This document shows positions 29,425 to 39,325 of a stretch of 64,000 nucleotides of DNA, piece by piece. The translations under genes were made by a program, and so were the position numbers. The stretch covers positions 1,376,001 to 1,440,000 of the forward strand of contig OZ240219.1 in the NCBI GenBank assembly GCA_965197645.1, in the 5' to 3' direction. Position 1 is the first letter of the stretch, and each line of letters starts with the position of its first letter. The notes under the pieces are model-generated. The model had not been told where the DNA came from. It saw nothing but the letters and a program-made list of their open reading frames with translations, and made no database searches. The DNA comes from Dehalococcoidia bacterium. GTDB taxonomy: Bacteria > Chloroflexota > Dehalococcoidia > Plut-88900.

Positions 29425-30774
29425 TCAACCCCTAGCCCTCGCCACCACCCTGTCCACGAAGGTGGGCGCCAGACCCAGGTAGCCAGCGGGGTCCAGCAGC
29501 TCGTCTATCTCGGTGGGGGACAGGTGGGGGCTAACCTCCTCCGACTCCAACAGCGTCTCCTTCAGTGATCTTCCCTCTTCGAACGCCTTCATTGCACAAT
29601 CGTAGACCACGTCGTGGGCCGTCTGCCGGCCCAGATTCCCGGCCAGCCTGATCATCACCCGCTCGGACATTATCAGCCCGTTGGTCACATCCAGGTTACG
29701 GCGCATGCTCTCCCGGTTCACGTTCAGATGGGATATCACCTCGATGGCCCGATGAATGGCGCCGGCGGTCAGGATGCAGGTCTCGGGGACGTAGTACCAC
29801 TCGGCGTGATAGGTCCGGCCGTCCCGCTCGTGTTCGTTGAGCAGTCCCTCCATGGCTGAGGTCACGAACCCCCTGACGATCTTCGAAACTGCCACTATCT
29901 CCTCGGAGCCGGTGGGGTTTCGTTTCTGGGGCATGGTGCTGCTTCCTACCTGGCCGCGGCCAAAGTGCTCCTCCACCTCGGAGAACTCGTTCTTCTGGAG
30001 CAGTACTATCTCGTTGCCCATCTTCGCCAGCGAGCCGACGATCATGCCCTGAACGGCGACGAACTCGGCCATGTTGTCTCTAGCCGTGTGCCAGGTTATG
30101 TCGGGCACTCCCAGGCCCAGCTCCTCCATCAGCTTGCTATGGACGTCCCACGCCTGCTCTCCCAGCGATGCCAGGGTGCCGGCGCCGCCGCTGAACTCAC
30201 CCACCAGAAGCCTGGGCTTGCACTGGTCCAGCCTCTCGATGTGCCGCCGTACTTCCGCCACCCAGACGGCCACCTTGTATCCGAATGTGATGGGAAGGGC
30301 CTGCTGACCGTGGGTCCGGCCGGCCATCACCGTGTCGCGGTGCCGTTCCGCCTGGCCCAACAGCGCCTCCTCTAGCCTTCTCATGTCCCGGTGCAGGATG
30401 TCGAACGCCTCCCGGAGCTGGAGCACCAGACCTGTATCCATGATGTCCTGGGTGGTAGTGCCCCAGTGGATATACTCGCCCGTATCACCCGGACAGTGCC
30501 TCTGAAGCTCGCGGATCAGCGGGACTATTGGATGGCGGGTAACGTCTATGTCCCGTTTCATCGCCTCGATGCTCATCTCCTCGGCGCGGGCGTGTTGAGT
30601 GATGACCTCGGCGGCGGTCTCCGGGATGATCCCCAATCGAGCCTCCACTCGAGCCAGGGCGGCCTCCACGTCCAGCCACTTCTGCAGCTGGTTCACCTCG
30701 GTGAAGATCGCTCGCATCTCGTCGGTACCGAACAGGTCCTTGAAAAATGGAGAGTCTACGACGCTGGAAGGCAT
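29425..30774 (-). CDS. Adenylosuccinate lyase / 3-carboxymuconate cycloisomerase family lyase
   Basis: HWGTTTQD, GRTHGQQA, GSSTMPQKRNP signature. Confidence 0.9.
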   Translation of the reverse strand: MPSSVVDSPFFKDLFGTDEMRAIFTEVNQLQKWLDVEAALARVEARLGIIPETAAEVITQHARAEEMSIEAMKRDIDVTRHPIVPLIRELQRHCPGDTGEYIHWGTTTQDIMDTGLVLQLREAFDILHRDMRRLEEALLGQAERHRDTVMAGRTHGQQALPITFGYKVAVWVAEVRRHIERLDQCKPRLLVGEFSGGAGTLASLGEQAWDVHSKLMEELGLGVPDITWHTARDNMAEFVAVQGMIVGSLAKMGNEIVLLQKNEFSEVEEHFGRGQVGSSTMPQKRNPTGSEEIVAVSKIVRGFVTSAMEGLLNEHERDGRTYHAEWYYVPETCILTAGAIHRAIEVISHLNVNRESMRRNLDVTNGLIMSERVMIRLAGNLGRQTAHDVVYDCAMKAFEEGRSLKETLLESEEVSPHLSPTEIDELLDPAGYLGLAPTFVDRVVARARG

Positions 30775-30929
30775 GGACGTCCTCCTGGTGGATGTGTGGT
30801 TGGGCCAATCGTATCACGGTTTCCCTTCGATGGCGGTACCCCTATGCTATACTGGCCCAGCCTTGGCCGGGCCGGTTAATCCGGCGGCCCACAGGCAGGA
30901 GATCCAGCTTGCAAGGGAGGTCTCGACAC

Positions 30930-31337
30930 ATGGAAAAAGAGGTCATCATCTCGCCGAAGATAGGCCCCAGCTTCTCCAAGACCACGGCTCACGGCATCAA
31001 GGCCGGCAACTTCCTTTTCATCACCGGCCAGGTAGCCAACAAGCCGGGCATCGATCCCAAGGAGGGCCGGGAGAAGGTGGGCGAGATGGGAGGCATCGAT
31101 GAGCAGGCGGAGCAGGTGATGGAAAATCTGAAGGCCATCCTGGATGAGGCGGGCACCAACTTCGACAACGTGGTCAAACGCAACGTCTACCTCACCCACC
31201 TCGCCGACTTCGATCCGGTCTACAAGGTGATGGAGCGCTACTTCTCTTCCGCGGTGGCCAGCACCGGCGTAGTGACCGGCCTTATTCCCGCCAGCGCCAG
31301 ACTGGAAGTCGAGCTCATCGCCATCGTCCCCGATTGA
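30930..31337 (+). CDS. RidA/YjgF family protein
   Basis: FLFITGQV, ENLKAILDEAG, VVKRNVYL, LEVELIA; GGAGG RBS. Confidence 0.88.
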   Translation: MEKEVIISPKIGPSFSKTTAHGIKAGNFLFITGQVANKPGIDPKEGREKVGEMGGIDEQAEQVMENLKAILDEAGTNFDNVVKRNVYLTHLADFDPVYKVMERYFSSAVASTGVVTGLIPASARLEVELIAIVPD

Positions 31338-31359
31338 CAATCTGAATCAGGAGGTACCG

Positions 31360-31785
31360 ATGTTTATCAGGCTGCATCACGTGGGTCTACTGGTCAAAGA
31401 CCTGAACACCACCAAGGAACTGTACTGCGATCAGTTTGGGCTGAAAGCGGGCAGGGAGTTCGACCTGGTCAGCGAGGACGTTCGAATCGTTAACATCCCC
31501 ATCGGCGACAGCATGATCGAGGTGAACCAGGTTATCAACGACGATAGCGGCGTCGGGCGATACCTGGCGAAACAGGGGGATGGGCTGCATCACCTCTGCC
31601 TGGAAACCGACGACATGGACGCCGACCTGGAGATGCTGACCAATCTCGGCTTTACCCTGATCAAGCCGCTATCCGTCGGCGATAACGGGCTGAAGGTGGG
31701 CTGGATTCACCCGAAACAGGCCCAGGGCGTGCTCATAGAGCTGTGGCAGAATCCGCCGGGCCAACCGGACACCTCCCGCACCTAG
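31360..31785 (+). CDS. VOC family protein (methylmalonyl-CoA epimerase-like)
   Basis: HHVGL, GDGLHHLCLE, IHPK..GVLIEL. Confidence 0.88.
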   Translation: MFIRLHHVGLLVKDLNTTKELYCDQFGLKAGREFDLVSEDVRIVNIPIGDSMIEVNQVINDDSGVGRYLAKQGDGLHHLCLETDDMDADLEMLTNLGFTLIKPLSVGDNGLKVGWIHPKQAQGVLIELWQNPPGQPDTSRT

Positions 31786-31982
31786 CAGGTGGTTGGAAAG
31801 CCCGTTTCGACCATACCCTTGGCCCCGTTCCTGGCCTGGAAGGGGGTAGAAAAAGAGAAAGTTTCTGAGGGACACCCCTTCGGCGAGCTCAGGGCAGGCT
31901 CTCAGACTCCCGGCCCCCAACGGCCAGTTCCAGACTACAAGGCTTCGCCCCTCTGTACACCCCATATTTCGACGTCTTGCTA
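31784..31982. repeat. MITE-like palindromic element (family B) between convergent stop codons, with a nested 24-bp insert
   Basis: Degenerate TIRs TAGCAGGTGGTTGGAAA / TTTCGACGTCTTGCTA; several blocks shared with 58265-58410. Confidence 0.65.
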
Positions 31983-32336
31983 CGGCTGGGGAGCTATACG
32001 GGCGTAGATCTCGTCGGACTTGGCCGCCATGATGAAGTCGTTGCGGTGCAGGTTCCTGATCTTGTGGGTCCACCAGGTAACGGCCACCTTGCCGAACTCG
32101 GTTGTGATGCGCGGGTGATGTCCTTCGGACTCGGCCAGTTTGCCTATCCCGTTGGTAAAGGCCAGGGCTGGGGAGAACCCCTGGAACCGAAATGTGCGCT
32201 CCAGCTTTGGGATCTCGTCCTCAGTGACGAGGGCCCAGTCGGGCACCTGGGGACGCAGCTCGGCTATCTCCTCTTCGGTCACGCTGGGGGCGTCCCGCCG
32301 GCAGGCGACGCACTTTTCCTGGACTAGCTGTGTCAT
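31980..32336 (-). CDS. phhB: Pterin-4-alpha-carbinolamine dehydratase
   Basis: CVAC, AESEGHHP, WWTH...LHRNDFIMAAK. Confidence 0.93.
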   Translation of the reverse strand: MTQLVQEKCVACRRDAPSVTEEEIAELRPQVPDWALVTEDEIPKLERTFRFQGFSPALAFTNGIGKLAESEGHHPRITTEFGKVAVTWWTHKIRNLHRNDFIMAAKSDEIYARIAPQP

Positions 32337-32433
32337 GTGGACCTCTCGATCTAACCCTTGCGATGGAGTGCAGAGGTGTGTATATTACTGGACGGCCTGC
32401 AGTATTTCCGTAGTAGCTCCGAGGTAGAGAGGC

Positions 32434-32628
32434 ATGTCATACGTCGAGTCCGATAGCGTGGAAGCCGGCCTGAAATTCAAAAGCCCAAGCGGCCTGATAG
32501 TCGAGACTACGGGCAGCACCAGCAATGTTGAAGCCCACAACATCTACGTCCACGAGGTGAAGATCCTCGAAGGCGATTATTCCGGGGAAACCTTTCTCCT
32601 GAACCTGGACTACGCCGAGCTCCTGTAG
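32434..32628 (+). CDS. Small hypothetical protein
   Basis: 64-aa ORF with GAGAGG RBS and coding-like codon usage. Confidence 0.7.
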   Translation: MSYVESDSVEAGLKFKSPSGLIVETTGSTSNVEAHNIYVHEVKILEGDYSGETFLLNLDYAELL

Positions 32629-32648
32629 CCCGGCGCAGCGCTCCTGCA

Positions 32649-33509
32649 TCAGCCTCGAGCCAGCGCCTCCTCCAAGGCTCTCCTGACCATCACGCCCCCC
32701 ACCTCTTTCCGGTACTCCGCCGAGGCGTGCAAATCCGTTTCAGGGTCCAGAGCGACTTTGACCGCTTCTGAGGCCTCTTCTAAAGCGTCCTCATCCAGGA
32801 CCCGGCCTTGAAGCTTGTCCTCAGCCTCTTCGACCCGGACGGGCGTCCCGTCCACGCCGAACAGGACGATCCTAGCGTCGGTGGCCGCCCGGTCGGAATT
32901 GAGACCTGCCAGGGTCACCGCTCCCACCAGGGCGAAATCTCCGTGTCTGCGGGAGACCTCTTGAAAACCCCAGACCTCCTGCAAGGCCGGAAGCTGTATC
33001 TCCGTGATGAGCTCCGTCGGCTCGATGGAGGTGGTGAAATAGGTCAGGAACATCTCGCCGGCGTTGGCCACCCTCTGTCCCGAAGAGGAGCTTAGGACGA
33101 ACCGGGCGTCCATGGCGAGGCATAACGCGGGAAGCTCGGCTGCGGGATCGGCGTGTACCACACTGCCGCCTATGGTGCCCCTGTTGCGAATTTGAAAGTG
33201 GCCTACCTGGGACATCGCCTGGACTATCAGCGGGTTCTTCCGCTGGACGAGGGGCGACCGCTCCAAGGTCCTCTGCCGGGTCATCGAACCTATTTTGAGG
33301 CCGCCGTCATTGTCTTCTTCCACGTAGTCCAGCCCCGGCACCCGGTTGATATCGATGATCACCGATGGCCTGGAGAGGCGCATGTTCAACAGGGGCATCA
33401 GGCTCTGGCCTCCGGCCAGCACCTTGGCGTCGTCTCCGTGCTGTGCCAGGAGCTTCAGCGCCTCGTCCAGGGTTGTAGGAGCGTAGTAGTCGAACTTGGG
33501 AGGCTTCAT
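32649..33509 (-). CDS. Xanthine/CO dehydrogenase family FAD-binding medium subunit (CoxM-like)
   Basis: LAGGQSL, QIRNRGTIGGS, ADPAAE, RRHGDFA. Confidence 0.92.
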   Translation of the reverse strand: MKPPKFDYYAPTTLDEALKLLAQHGDDAKVLAGGQSLMPLLNMRLSRPSVIIDINRVPGLDYVEEDNDGGLKIGSMTRQRTLERSPLVQRKNPLIVQAMSQVGHFQIRNRGTIGGSVVHADPAAELPALCLAMDARFVLSSSSGQRVANAGEMFLTYFTTSIEPTELITEIQLPALQEVWGFQEVSRRHGDFALVGAVTLAGLNSDRAATDARIVLFGVDGTPVRVEEAEDKLQGRVLDEDALEEASEAVKVALDPETDLHASAEYRKEVGGVMVRRALEEALARG

Positions 33510-33516
33510 CGTTATC

Positions 33517-33951
33517 CTATTTCAGCTCTTTTTCCAGGGCCGAGAAGAACTTTCCCGCCAGCATCTTGGCGACACCCCCCACCACCCGCTGCCCTACTCC
33601 AGCCAGGTTCCCACCGATCTGGGCATCCATCAGGTAACGAACCCTGGTATCGGCGCCTTCCGGCTCCAGAGATATTTGGCCGTCCGCCTTCATGAACCCC
33701 AAAGCTCCGGTCCCATCTACGGAGACCCTGTAGGAAGAGTCGGGGACTACATCGAAGATGCGGACCTCTCCATCGTACCTGCCCTTTACCGCGGCCACAC
33801 CCAGCTCCACGACAACCTTGTAGGTCGAATCGCCGGTGGGCTCCAGGAGCTGGCAGCCCGGTGTGCTTCTGGCCAGCACCTCGTGATCGTTGAGTGCGGC
33901 CCAGACCACGTCCGGCGGGCTTTTGACCAGCTTGTCGCCCTTTATCTCCAA
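33517..33951 (-). CDS. coxG: CoxG (SRPBCC) family protein
   Basis: VWAALND..VL..PGC, GG.LA.VGQR. Confidence 0.88.
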   Translation of the reverse strand: MEIKGDKLVKSPPDVVWAALNDHEVLARSTPGCQLLEPTGDSTYKVVVELGVAAVKGRYDGEVRIFDVVPDSSYRVSVDGTGALGFMKADGQISLEPEGADTRVRYLMDAQIGGNLAGVGQRVVGGVAKMLAGKFFSALEKELK

Positions 33952-34121
33952 GGGAACCTCATGGTGAAATACGGCACAACGGATTGGGGGAATCGCCGGG
34001 CGATTATATCACAGGGTTTTCGGTTGACGCCCCAATGTCGTCGGCATAGACTGAACTCCGTGGCGCCGGGCGCCGAACAGCGCCCCGGGAAACCCAGATC
34101 ACTCACTCTAGGGAGGTCCCG

Positions 34122-35090
34122 ATGACCGGTATCGACTTCGACAAGCTGCCCAAATTCTCAGACTTGCCCGTGAAATCGGGCGTGCCTGCCGACTCCAACT
34201 GGGGCGTGTTCGGCGACGATGATGAGCTGGGCAGCCTCAACTTCCTAACCGAACCGGGAGTGGTAGAAGCGGCTCGCCTGGTCAGGAAGGGGAAGGTCTT
34301 CCGGCTGGACATGCCCATCGGCTACGCCAGCACCACTCTTTTCGAGAGGCCGGAAGCCCGACACACCATCGTCCCGTTCGAAGGCGAACTGGGCCACGAC
34401 GACCAGCTGGACAACTACAACACACAGGAAGGCACCCAGTGGGATGGCCTGGGACACCAGGGCGACCAAGATGCGGGCACTTTCTACAACGGGGTCAAGC
34501 AGGAGCAGATCAAGAGCGGCCCGGATGGCAAGCTGGGCATCCAGCTTTGGGCCAACAAGATGGTCGGGCGGGGCGTGCTCATAGATGCTTTCAAGTATCG
34601 CAACGACCAGGGCCGGTCCTTGGACCCCAGCCAGGCCGAATGGTATACGTTGGATGACCTTCAGGGCACGGTGAAGGCCCAGGGTGTTCAGCTCAAGCCC
34701 GGCGATATGCTGCTGGTCCGCACGGGTTGGATGCGGCGCTATATGGGCCTGTCCACCGGGGAAAAGGATGCCCTGGGAAACATAAGTGATCTCACAGCCT
34801 GCGGCATCGACTCTGCCAGGGAGGTCGCAGCGTGGTTATGGGACAACCGTGTCTCGGCCCTGGCCGCCGATTGTCCCTCCGTGGAGATCTGGCCTTTTAA
34901 CACGGAGCGGGGTCCGCTGCACGTACGGACCCTCGCCTGGCTGGGCCTGCCCCTGGGCGAACAGTTCAACCTGGAGGGCTTAGCCGCGGACAGCGATGAG
35001 GACGGCGTCTACGAGTCCATGGTGGTATCGGTGCCGCTGAACCTGGAGGGAGGCATCGCCTCGCCCCCCAACGCCGTTGCCATCAAATAA
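34122..35090 (+). CDS. Cyclase family protein (kynurenine formamidase-like)
   Basis: WG.FGDDDELG, TQWDGLGH, GRGVLID, LLVRTGW, SPPNAVA. Confidence 0.9.
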   Translation: MTGIDFDKLPKFSDLPVKSGVPADSNWGVFGDDDELGSLNFLTEPGVVEAARLVRKGKVFRLDMPIGYASTTLFERPEARHTIVPFEGELGHDDQLDNYNTQEGTQWDGLGHQGDQDAGTFYNGVKQEQIKSGPDGKLGIQLWANKMVGRGVLIDAFKYRNDQGRSLDPSQAEWYTLDDLQGTVKAQGVQLKPGDMLLVRTGWMRRYMGLSTGEKDALGNISDLTACGIDSAREVAAWLWDNRVSALAADCPSVEIWPFNTERGPLHVRTLAWLGLPLGEQFNLEGLAADSDEDGVYESMVVSVPLNLEGGIASPPNAVAIK

Positions 35091-35105
35091 CCCTACCCAC
35101 CGCGG

Positions 35106-36635
35106 ATGAGATACCTTTCAGGCCCATTCCCGTCTATCGTAGACAGCCGCCGGTACAAATGGTGGGCCTACGTATCCATCGCCGTTGGTCTGCTGGTGGT
35201 GGTGATGGACCAATCGGGCATGAACATCGCCATGCCCAAGGTCGCCGAAGAGTTCGATGCCGACATTCCTACCGTCCAGTGGGTCACTCTCAGCTATATA
35301 CTCAGCATCAGCGCTCTACTCATGCCCCTGGGACGTCTCGCTGACATCCTGGGCCGGCGGCGGGTGTATCTTGCCGGCTTCCTGGTGTTCATCGGCGGCG
35401 CTATTGTCGGGGGTACCGCCCCCTCCTTCCCCGTCCTGCTCGTAGCCAAGATCGTCCAGGGGATAGGTTCGGCCGGGGTCCAGGCCAACGGCCTCGCCAT
35501 CGTTACCGAGTCCTTCCCCGAACGAGAGCGAGGCAAGGCGCTGGGCCTGTACACCAGCGTCGTGGGCGGCGGACTCATCATGGGTCCCGCCGTCGGCGGA
35601 GTGCTGATCAGCGCCTTCGACTGGAGGGCCGTGTTCTATGCCAGCATCATCGCTGGATTCGGGGCCTGGGGAGTGGCCCACGCCTCGCTGCTGGGCTCTC
35701 AAAATTCGGGGGCAGACCAACCCAAACGGCTCAACTTCGATTGGGGTGGCGCCGTCCTCTCCTCCGGGATGCTGGCCACCTTTTTGTTGGGCTTGAGCAA
35801 CTCCCATCGCCTGGGATGGGGTTCAGCGCCCGTGGTCACCAGTCTTCTCGCTGCCGCGGCCCTCTTCCTGCTGTTCATCTGGTGGCAGCGACGCACCAGC
35901 GATCCGATGTTGGACCTGGGCCTGTTCCGGAGCAAGAACTTCTCGCTGGGCGTGTCCACCCGGTTCATACAGTTTTTGGCCAACTCGGCCGTCATCTTCC
36001 TGATGCCCTTCTACCTGATCCAGGTGCTGGACTTCGAACCGAACAGAGCGGGGCTCATGGTCATGCCCTACGCGTTCGGCATGGGCCTGACCTCCCCCTT
36101 CAGCGGCCGCATCTCCGATAGGTACGGTACCAGGTGGATCAGCGTCGTGGGGATGGGATTTTCCGCTTCGTCCTTGTTCATCTTCTCCCAGCTGACCCCC
36201 GACTCATCGACCACGCACGTGATCATAGGTATGCTCTTGGGCGGAATGGGAATGGGCACCTTCTCCTCGGCCAACTCCGCGGCGATCATGGGGTCTCAGA
36301 GCCGGGAGAAGTACAGCATAGTCGCCGCCTTCCAGAACCTGATCAGGAACTCGGCCAACGTCACTGGGGTGGCCCTGGCGACCACCATAGTCAGCTTTAC
36401 CATGGGAGACTACGGCTACGAACCCAGCCTGGCCAGCGTAGCGGACAGCGAGGACATCGGTGTGAGGGTAGCCTTTGTCGCCGGGCTGAACAGGGCCTTC
36501 ATGATCTCCGGTGGGCTGATGGTGCTGGGCCTCGTGCTCTCCTCGCTGCACGGCCACCAGCGCAAGGAGATGGAGCGGCCCGACCAGCCCATTGCCCGAC
36601 CCGCCGCCTCGCCACCCGTGGCGACAAAGCACTGA
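35106..36635 (+). CDS. MFS transporter (DHA2 type)
   Basis: GRLADILGRRR motif A, FPERERGKALG, many TM segments. Confidence 0.92.
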   Translation: MRYLSGPFPSIVDSRRYKWWAYVSIAVGLLVVVMDQSGMNIAMPKVAEEFDADIPTVQWVTLSYILSISALLMPLGRLADILGRRRVYLAGFLVFIGGAIVGGTAPSFPVLLVAKIVQGIGSAGVQANGLAIVTESFPERERGKALGLYTSVVGGGLIMGPAVGGVLISAFDWRAVFYASIIAGFGAWGVAHASLLGSQNSGADQPKRLNFDWGGAVLSSGMLATFLLGLSNSHRLGWGSAPVVTSLLAAAALFLLFIWWQRRTSDPMLDLGLFRSKNFSLGVSTRFIQFLANSAVIFLMPFYLIQVLDFEPNRAGLMVMPYAFGMGLTSPFSGRISDRYGTRWISVVGMGFSASSLFIFSQLTPDSSTTHVIIGMLLGGMGMGTFSSANSAAIMGSQSREKYSIVAAFQNLIRNSANVTGVALATTIVSFTMGDYGYEPSLASVADSEDIGVRVAFVAGLNRAFMISGGLMVLGLVLSSLHGHQRKEMERPDQPIARPAASPPVATKH

Positions 36636-36664
36636 TCGATATCATCCGCTGAGGAGAACCAGAC

Positions 36665-37801
36665 ATGGAACAGGGAACATCCCCGGACGTTTTCAAGGAG
36701 TTGGGAGTCAGGCGGGTCATCAACGCCGTCGGAACCGCCACAATCCTGGGCGGCACAGTCCTTTCCCCGGAGATGCAGGGGGCGATGGACCAGGCGAACA
36801 ACACCTTCGTCAGCATGGAGGACCTGCTGGATAGGGCCGGCCGGAGCATCGCCGAGCAGCTGGGCGTGGAGGCGGCTTACGTTACCTCCGGCTGCTTCGC
36901 GGCGATGGCCCTCAGCGCAGCGGGAGCAATGACGGGCGACAGCCTGGAGGCCAGGGTGCAGTTGCCCGATACCACCGGCCTCAGGAACGAGTTCCTAATC
37001 CCGCACAAGATGAGATACCGGTACGACCGCGCGGTCACCGTCCCGGGAGGCAAATTGCTGTCCGTAGGAGACGCTCACGGAACATCCAGGGACCAGCTAT
37101 CTGACGCCATCGGGGATTCCACGGCCGGGGTCCTGTTTCCAGCTCACCTGGACGGCACGGAGGATACCGTGACCCTGGAGGAGGTGATTGCCATTGCCCA
37201 CGATAGGGGAACTCCGGTGATAGTGGACGCCGCCTACCAGGTCTACCCCAACAGTCACATGATGGACGTAGTGGCATCGGGGGCCGACGCTCTGTGCTTC
37301 AGTGCCAAGTACATGGGTGGTCCCAACTCGGTCGGGTTCGTCTGCGGCAAGAGGGAGCTTATCGAGGCCGCCAGCTTGAATGGGTTCGTGGCTTATGAGA
37401 AGGAAGACAACCTGTGCTTCGGTCGTGGATACAAGCTGGACCGACAGGAGGTAGCCGCGCTGATCGTGACCCTTCGGGAGTGGTTCAAGCTTGACCACGA
37501 TGAGGACTTACGACGGCAGGAGTTGAGGTGCCAGGTGATAGCCGAGGCGCTGAGCGGCCTGCCTCACGTCAGGGCGGAGCAGATGCAGGAGAAGGGTCTG
37601 CCCTGGATTGTCTTCGAGATCACCCTGGACGAGGTCGCGCTGGGCAGGACTATAGGCGAGGTACAGCAGACCCTGAAGGACGGCGATCCATCCATCTGGA
37701 CGAGGGCCGAGGACGGCTACCTGTACGTGGCCTCCAACATGCTGGAAGACGGCGAGGAGCACGTGGTCGCAGAGCGGCTCAGGGAAGTGCTTTCCAGCTA
37801 G
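36665..37801 (+). CDS. SelA-like / DgaE-like PLP-dependent enzyme
   Basis: VINAVGTAT.LGG, VIVDAA, FSAKYMGGP PLP-lysine motif. Confidence 0.85.
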   Translation: MEQGTSPDVFKELGVRRVINAVGTATILGGTVLSPEMQGAMDQANNTFVSMEDLLDRAGRSIAEQLGVEAAYVTSGCFAAMALSAAGAMTGDSLEARVQLPDTTGLRNEFLIPHKMRYRYDRAVTVPGGKLLSVGDAHGTSRDQLSDAIGDSTAGVLFPAHLDGTEDTVTLEEVIAIAHDRGTPVIVDAAYQVYPNSHMMDVVASGADALCFSAKYMGGPNSVGFVCGKRELIEAASLNGFVAYEKEDNLCFGRGYKLDRQEVAALIVTLREWFKLDHDEDLRRQELRCQVIAEALSGLPHVRAEQMQEKGLPWIVFEITLDEVALGRTIGEVQQTLKDGDPSIWTRAEDGYLYVASNMLEDGEEHVVAERLREVLSS

Positions 37802-37928
37802 ACGTACCGCGCCCTATTGTTTCGATGAACGGCCGGCGAACAAGGCGGTTCACCGGCCGCCGTCGGAACCTTGTCTTCATTCCCTAAGGCCTGTACGCAT
37901 TGTGACCACGCCACCTACGCAGCTTGGA

Positions 37929-38105
37929 TGTCATTCCGAACGCAGTGAGGAATCTAAGGGGATGGTAGGCAGTCGCAGCCCGATTCTGGCGGCGTCCCCA
38001 TAATCGCTGGTTTGCGCCTATGAGCCGATGGTTCCCCTGCGCCCGGTAGGCTGGGGACATAGGCTATAGATTCCTCACTCTGTTGCGCTCCGTTTCGGAA
38101 TGACA
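37929..38105. repeat. Long inverted-repeat element (GTCATTCCGA...GGAATCT / AGATTCC...GGAATGAC type)
   Basis: TGTCATTCCGAACGCAGTGAGGAATCT pairs with AGATTCCTCAC...TTCGGAATGACA; lies between convergent genes. Confidence 0.7.
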
Positions 38106-38130
38106 CTGGAGAACAGAGCGTGAACAGACA

Positions 38131-39219
38131 CTAATCGTATCTGATGATGCCTCGCGCTACCTCACCGGACTCCAACGCCGCGAACCCTTCGTTTATCTCG
38201 TCCAGCGTGAAGACCTTCGTCACCAGCTCGTCCAGCTTTAGCTTGCCCGCCTTGTAGAGCTCTATCAGCTTCGGCATGAACAGTCTCACTCTGGACGACC
38301 CATAGTGGCACCCCACCATCTCCGCCTCCTCCCACAGCATCCTTCCTGGGAAGGTGATCTTATCCTGGAAGGGGGACTGGCCTACTATAACCGCCTTTCC
38401 TCCCTTGCATACACTGGCCAGCGCTTGCACCGATACTTTGGTGTCGCCGATGGCCTCGAATGCGTACTGCACACCCCTCCCTTCGGTCAGCCTCTTTATC
38501 GCCTCTATCGGGTCCTCCTCCAGTGCGTTTATGGTGTGTGTAGCCCCGAACTCTCGAGCATACGCCAGCTTGTTCTCCTTTATGTCCACCGCGATGAGCG
38601 GGTCGGCCCCCGAAAGAGCGGCCCCTTGTATCACGTTCAACCCCACACCTCCCGTACCGAATACCGCCACGCTCTCACCGCCGCCCACCTTGGCAGTGTT
38701 CAGGGCCGCTCCCACTCCGGTGGGCACGGCACACCCAACCAGCGATGCCTTGTCCAGGGGTACATCATCGGAAATCGGGATCACCGCCTCCTCGGCTACC
38801 ACGGCGTGGGCGGCGAATGTGGACAGGCCTGCGTAGCAGTTTATCCGCTGCGAGCCCTTGTGAAACTTGGATTCTGGGAACTTGGGGTTCTCGCATAGGA
38901 CGGGCCTACCCCTGATGCAGTAATAGCACTTCCCGCAGTTGGGATGGAAGGAGAGAATGGCCGGTGTGCCCGGCTCGAGCGACGTGACCCCGGGGCCGAC
39001 CTCCTGCACCACCGCCGAGCCCTCGTGGCCCAGCACCAGCGGCAGATCTCCGTTGCCGCTTCCCACCCACTCGCCTCGCCACTCTCGGAGGTCGCTATGG
39101 CATATTCCGCTGCCGGCCATTTTGATCAGCACCTCGCCCGGGCCTGGGGGGTCCAGCTCCAACTCCTCAACTACCAGGGGTGCATTGTACTCGTACGCCA
39201 CGGCGGCTCTGGTCTTCAT
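38131..39219 (-). CDS. Zn-dependent alcohol dehydrogenase
   Basis: GICHSD, GHEG, CGKCYYC...C, GTGGVG. Confidence 0.95.
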   Translation of the reverse strand: MKTRAAVAYEYNAPLVVEELELDPPGPGEVLIKMAGSGICHSDLREWRGEWVGSGNGDLPLVLGHEGSAVVQEVGPGVTSLEPGTPAILSFHPNCGKCYYCIRGRPVLCENPKFPESKFHKGSQRINCYAGLSTFAAHAVVAEEAVIPISDDVPLDKASLVGCAVPTGVGAALNTAKVGGGESVAVFGTGGVGLNVIQGAALSGADPLIAVDIKENKLAYAREFGATHTINALEEDPIEAIKRLTEGRGVQYAFEAIGDTKVSVQALASVCKGGKAVIVGQSPFQDKITFPGRMLWEEAEMVGCHYGSSRVRLFMPKLIELYKAGKLKLDELVTKVFTLDEINEGFAALESGEVARGIIRYD

Positions 39220-39325
39220 TGTCTCCTCCTTTTTTGGGGTCTCTTCGGGTTCACCTAGGATTATAACGTTGACAGGCCACTTTGCCCATTCTTACAATGT
39301 GCGGAGCAAAGGAGAAGCTCGACCG

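Noticed and set aside
36665-37801. True selA supporting selenoprotein synthesis
   Set aside because: It is shorter and lacks the SelA N-terminal domain; it fits the SelA-like/DgaE group, and no selB/selC is nearby.
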